Shown piece by piece: positions 63,160-64,000 of a stretch of 64,000 nt of DNA (position 1 is its first letter; every line of letters begins with the position of its first letter). Origin of the DNA: an uncultured Gammaproteobacteria bacterium (lineage in GTDB: Bacteria > Pseudomonadota > Gammaproteobacteria > DRLM01); the NCBI GenBank assembly GCA_963729605.1, contig CAVSNY010000007.1, positions 992,001 to 1,056,000 of the forward strand. Direction: 5' to 3'. The position numbers and the translations under genes are program-made. The notes under the pieces were generated by a model. It did not search any database and had not been told where the DNA came from. It saw only the letters and a list, made by a program, of their open reading frames with translations.

Positions 63160-64000
63160 TGGCAGTCATGATGTATTGGGAGGCGATCCGCCGCGCCCAC
63201 GATGAAGAGATGGCGCGCGATCCGCTGGTGATCTGCATGGGCGAGGACATCGGCGTGGTCGGCGGTACCTATAAAGCCACCCAAGGCCTGTACGACAAAT
63301 ACGGCCCCGAGCGCGTAATCGATACGCCGATCTCGGAAAACAGCTACACCGGCCTCGGCATCGGCGCGTCGTTTTTAGGCATACGTCCCATCATCGAGAT
63401 CATGTCGGTGAACTTCGCCTGGCTCGCCACCGATCAGATATTCAACAGCGCCGCCAAAGTGCGCTACATGTCCGGCGGCCAGCTCACCGCGCCGGTGGTG
63501 ATCCGTTCGCCGGGCGGCACCGCGCATCAGCTCGGCGCGCAGCATTCGGCGCGCATGGAAAAGGTGTTCATGGGTATCGCGGGTCTGCGCGTCGTGACGC
63601 CGTCGAGTCCGAAGCAGGCTTACGGTCTGCTCAAGTCCGCCGTGCGCTGTAACGACCCCGTGTTCATCAACGAGCACGAACTCATGTACAACATGAAGGG
63701 CGAGGTGCCCGACGCGGAATATTTCCATCCGCTCGAAGGCTCCGAGGTCACCCGGGCCGGCAAGGACGTCACCCTGTTCGGCTACAACATCTCGGTGCAT
63801 TGGTGCGTGCAGGCCGCCGAGCAACTTGCCAAAGACGGCATCGACTGCGAAGTGATCGACCTCTATTCCTTGAGCCCGCTCGATCGCGCCGGCATCAAGA
63901 AGTCGGTGAGCAAGACCCACCGTGCGATCGTGGTGGAAGAGGCCGAGGCGCCGGTCGGCGTCGGTTCCGAAGTGATGGCCATCATCAACGAAGAGTGTTT
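63159..64000 (+). CDS. pdhB: Pyruvate dehydrogenase E1 beta, running off the window end
   Basis: Read directly from the sequence: MAVMMYWEAIRRA..GEDIG..DTPISE..GAQHS. The ATG overlaps the pdhA stop. Confidence 0.88.
   Translation, partial: MAVMMYWEAIRRAHDEEMARDPLVICMGEDIGVVGGTYKATQGLYDKYGPERVIDTPISENSYTGLGIGASFLGIRPIIEIMSVNFAWLATDQIFNSAAKVRYMSGGQLTAPVVIRSPGGTAHQLGAQHSARMEKVFMGIAGLRVVTPSSPKQAYGLLKSAVRCNDPVFINEHELMYNMKGEVPDAEYFHPLEGSEVTRAGKDVTLFGYNISVHWCVQAAEQLAKDGIDCEVIDLYSLSPLDRAGIKKSVSKTHRAIVVEEAEAPVGVGSEVMAIINEEC

Overview
A GC-rich, probably gammaproteobacterial chromosomal window. (1) 0.4-17.2 kb is the tail of a Wzx-dependent surface/exopolysaccharide locus: flippase, three GT2s, a WbsX/GH99-like protein, a methyltransferase, a NodB deacetylase, a PAPS sulfotransferase, a membrane-bound sulfatase-fold enzyme, a protein resembling glucuronyl C5-epimerase, a VanZ-heparinase II/III-like fusion and a trypsin-like protease. 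Together these suggest a sulfated, glycosaminoglycan-like polymer. (2) 17.25-17.55 kb looks like an unannotated sigma54/IHF/enhancer-driven small RNA with its own terminator. (3) Housekeeping genes follow: cytochrome c4, modBC, argDF, a full Pho regulon cluster (phoBR, pstS, pstCAB, phoU) with four Pho-box promoters, one driving an inserted PilZ gene, then sodB, grxD, rnt and pyrC. (4) 39.85-41.6 kb is an integrase-less integron cassette array (two attC sites, three cassettes) cut by a RAYT/REP remnant. (5) The rest holds a MacAB-like exporter, an RRM protein, a patatin, a stop-interrupted MCP, srkA, a sulfate-starvation operon (oscA/yezD-porin-sbp-TOBE-cysTWA) with a candidate RNA motif, an M17 aminopeptidase and pdhAB. 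Frameshifts in modC and pstCAB are more likely consensus errors than biology. All calls come from reading motifs by eye; no database search was run.
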